From Promethearchaeota archaeon (GTDB taxonomy: Archaea; Asgardarchaeota; Lokiarchaeia; Sigyniarchaeales; SOKP01), in NCBI GenBank assembly GCA_019058015.1, contig JAHLWH010000157.1, positions 1-28,164 of the forward strand: a DNA stretch of 28,164 bases. The letters are read 5' to 3'. Under the pieces are notes generated by a model. It ran no database searches. It was not told the origin of the DNA and saw only the letters and a program-made list of their open reading frames with translations. This document shows, piece after piece, positions 27,993 through 28,164 of the stretch (position 1 is its first letter; the number at the start of each line of letters is the position of its first letter). A program made the translations under genes and the position numbers.

Positions 27993-28164
27993 TGTCACTA
28001 TTTATTACTGACGACTAACGGCAGTTGTCAAAAAATGAGACATTAAAAATTTTTAAAAATCGCTTATTTTTTGTCATTTTGCTACTACTGACAACATGTC
28101 GGCAGTAATAATTTTTTGTCAGGATTTATTACTGATTTTTGTCATTTATTTATTACTGACAACA
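27993..28164. repeat. Cluster of transposon-end repeats (TGTCA-N3/4-TTTATTACTGA[CAACA])
   Basis: Direct copies at 27993-28016, 28072-28096, 28117-28135 and 28140-28164, and an inverted copy at 28097-28121. Confidence 0.85.

Larger units (their letters stand above)
26378..28164 (-). mobile_element. IS481/Mu-like DDE transposon with TGT...ACA ends
   Basis: Left end TGTTGGAAGCAATA versus reverse complement of the right end TGTTGTCAGTAATA (11/14). Each end has a second TCAGyAATAAAT..TGwCA site at the same offset. Encloses the transposase. The TSD cannot be checked because the window ends at ACA. Confidence 0.78.

Noticed and set aside
27993-28164. Repeats read as a CRISPR array
   Set aside because: Spacing is irregular, orientation is mixed and there are no unique spacers. 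The repeats match the transposon's left end.

Overview
AT-rich archaeal DNA, most consistent with an Asgard archaeon of the Lokiarchaeia type. This is inferred from the proteasome beta subunit, the HhH-fused long-type FKBP, a URO-D family gene and ITPK1-like and IFT52/GIFT-like proteins; no marker gene proves it. Positions 1-19.1 kb hold mixed housekeeping and metabolic genes: two PLP aminotransferases, an MBL hydrolase, an isomerase-aldolase fusion, psmB, a GIFT-domain protein, two radical SAM enzymes, FKBP, PHP, an ITPK1-like ATP-grasp, URO-D, DUF362 and pncA. Positions 19.4-26.3 kb are a compact, translationally coupled his operon (hisC-B-H-F-[A-I-E fusion]-G-D). It has a plant/Chloroflexi-type HisG and a structured leader containing a His-His-His mini-ORF, which suggests attenuation-like control. 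Positions 26.4-28.16 kb are an IS481/Mu-like DDE transposon with TGT...ACA ends and a stack of extra end copies, including a zero-spacer ACA|TGT end-to-end junction. No rRNA, tRNA or CRISPR array was seen. Family assignments come from motif recognition by eye, not from database searches.
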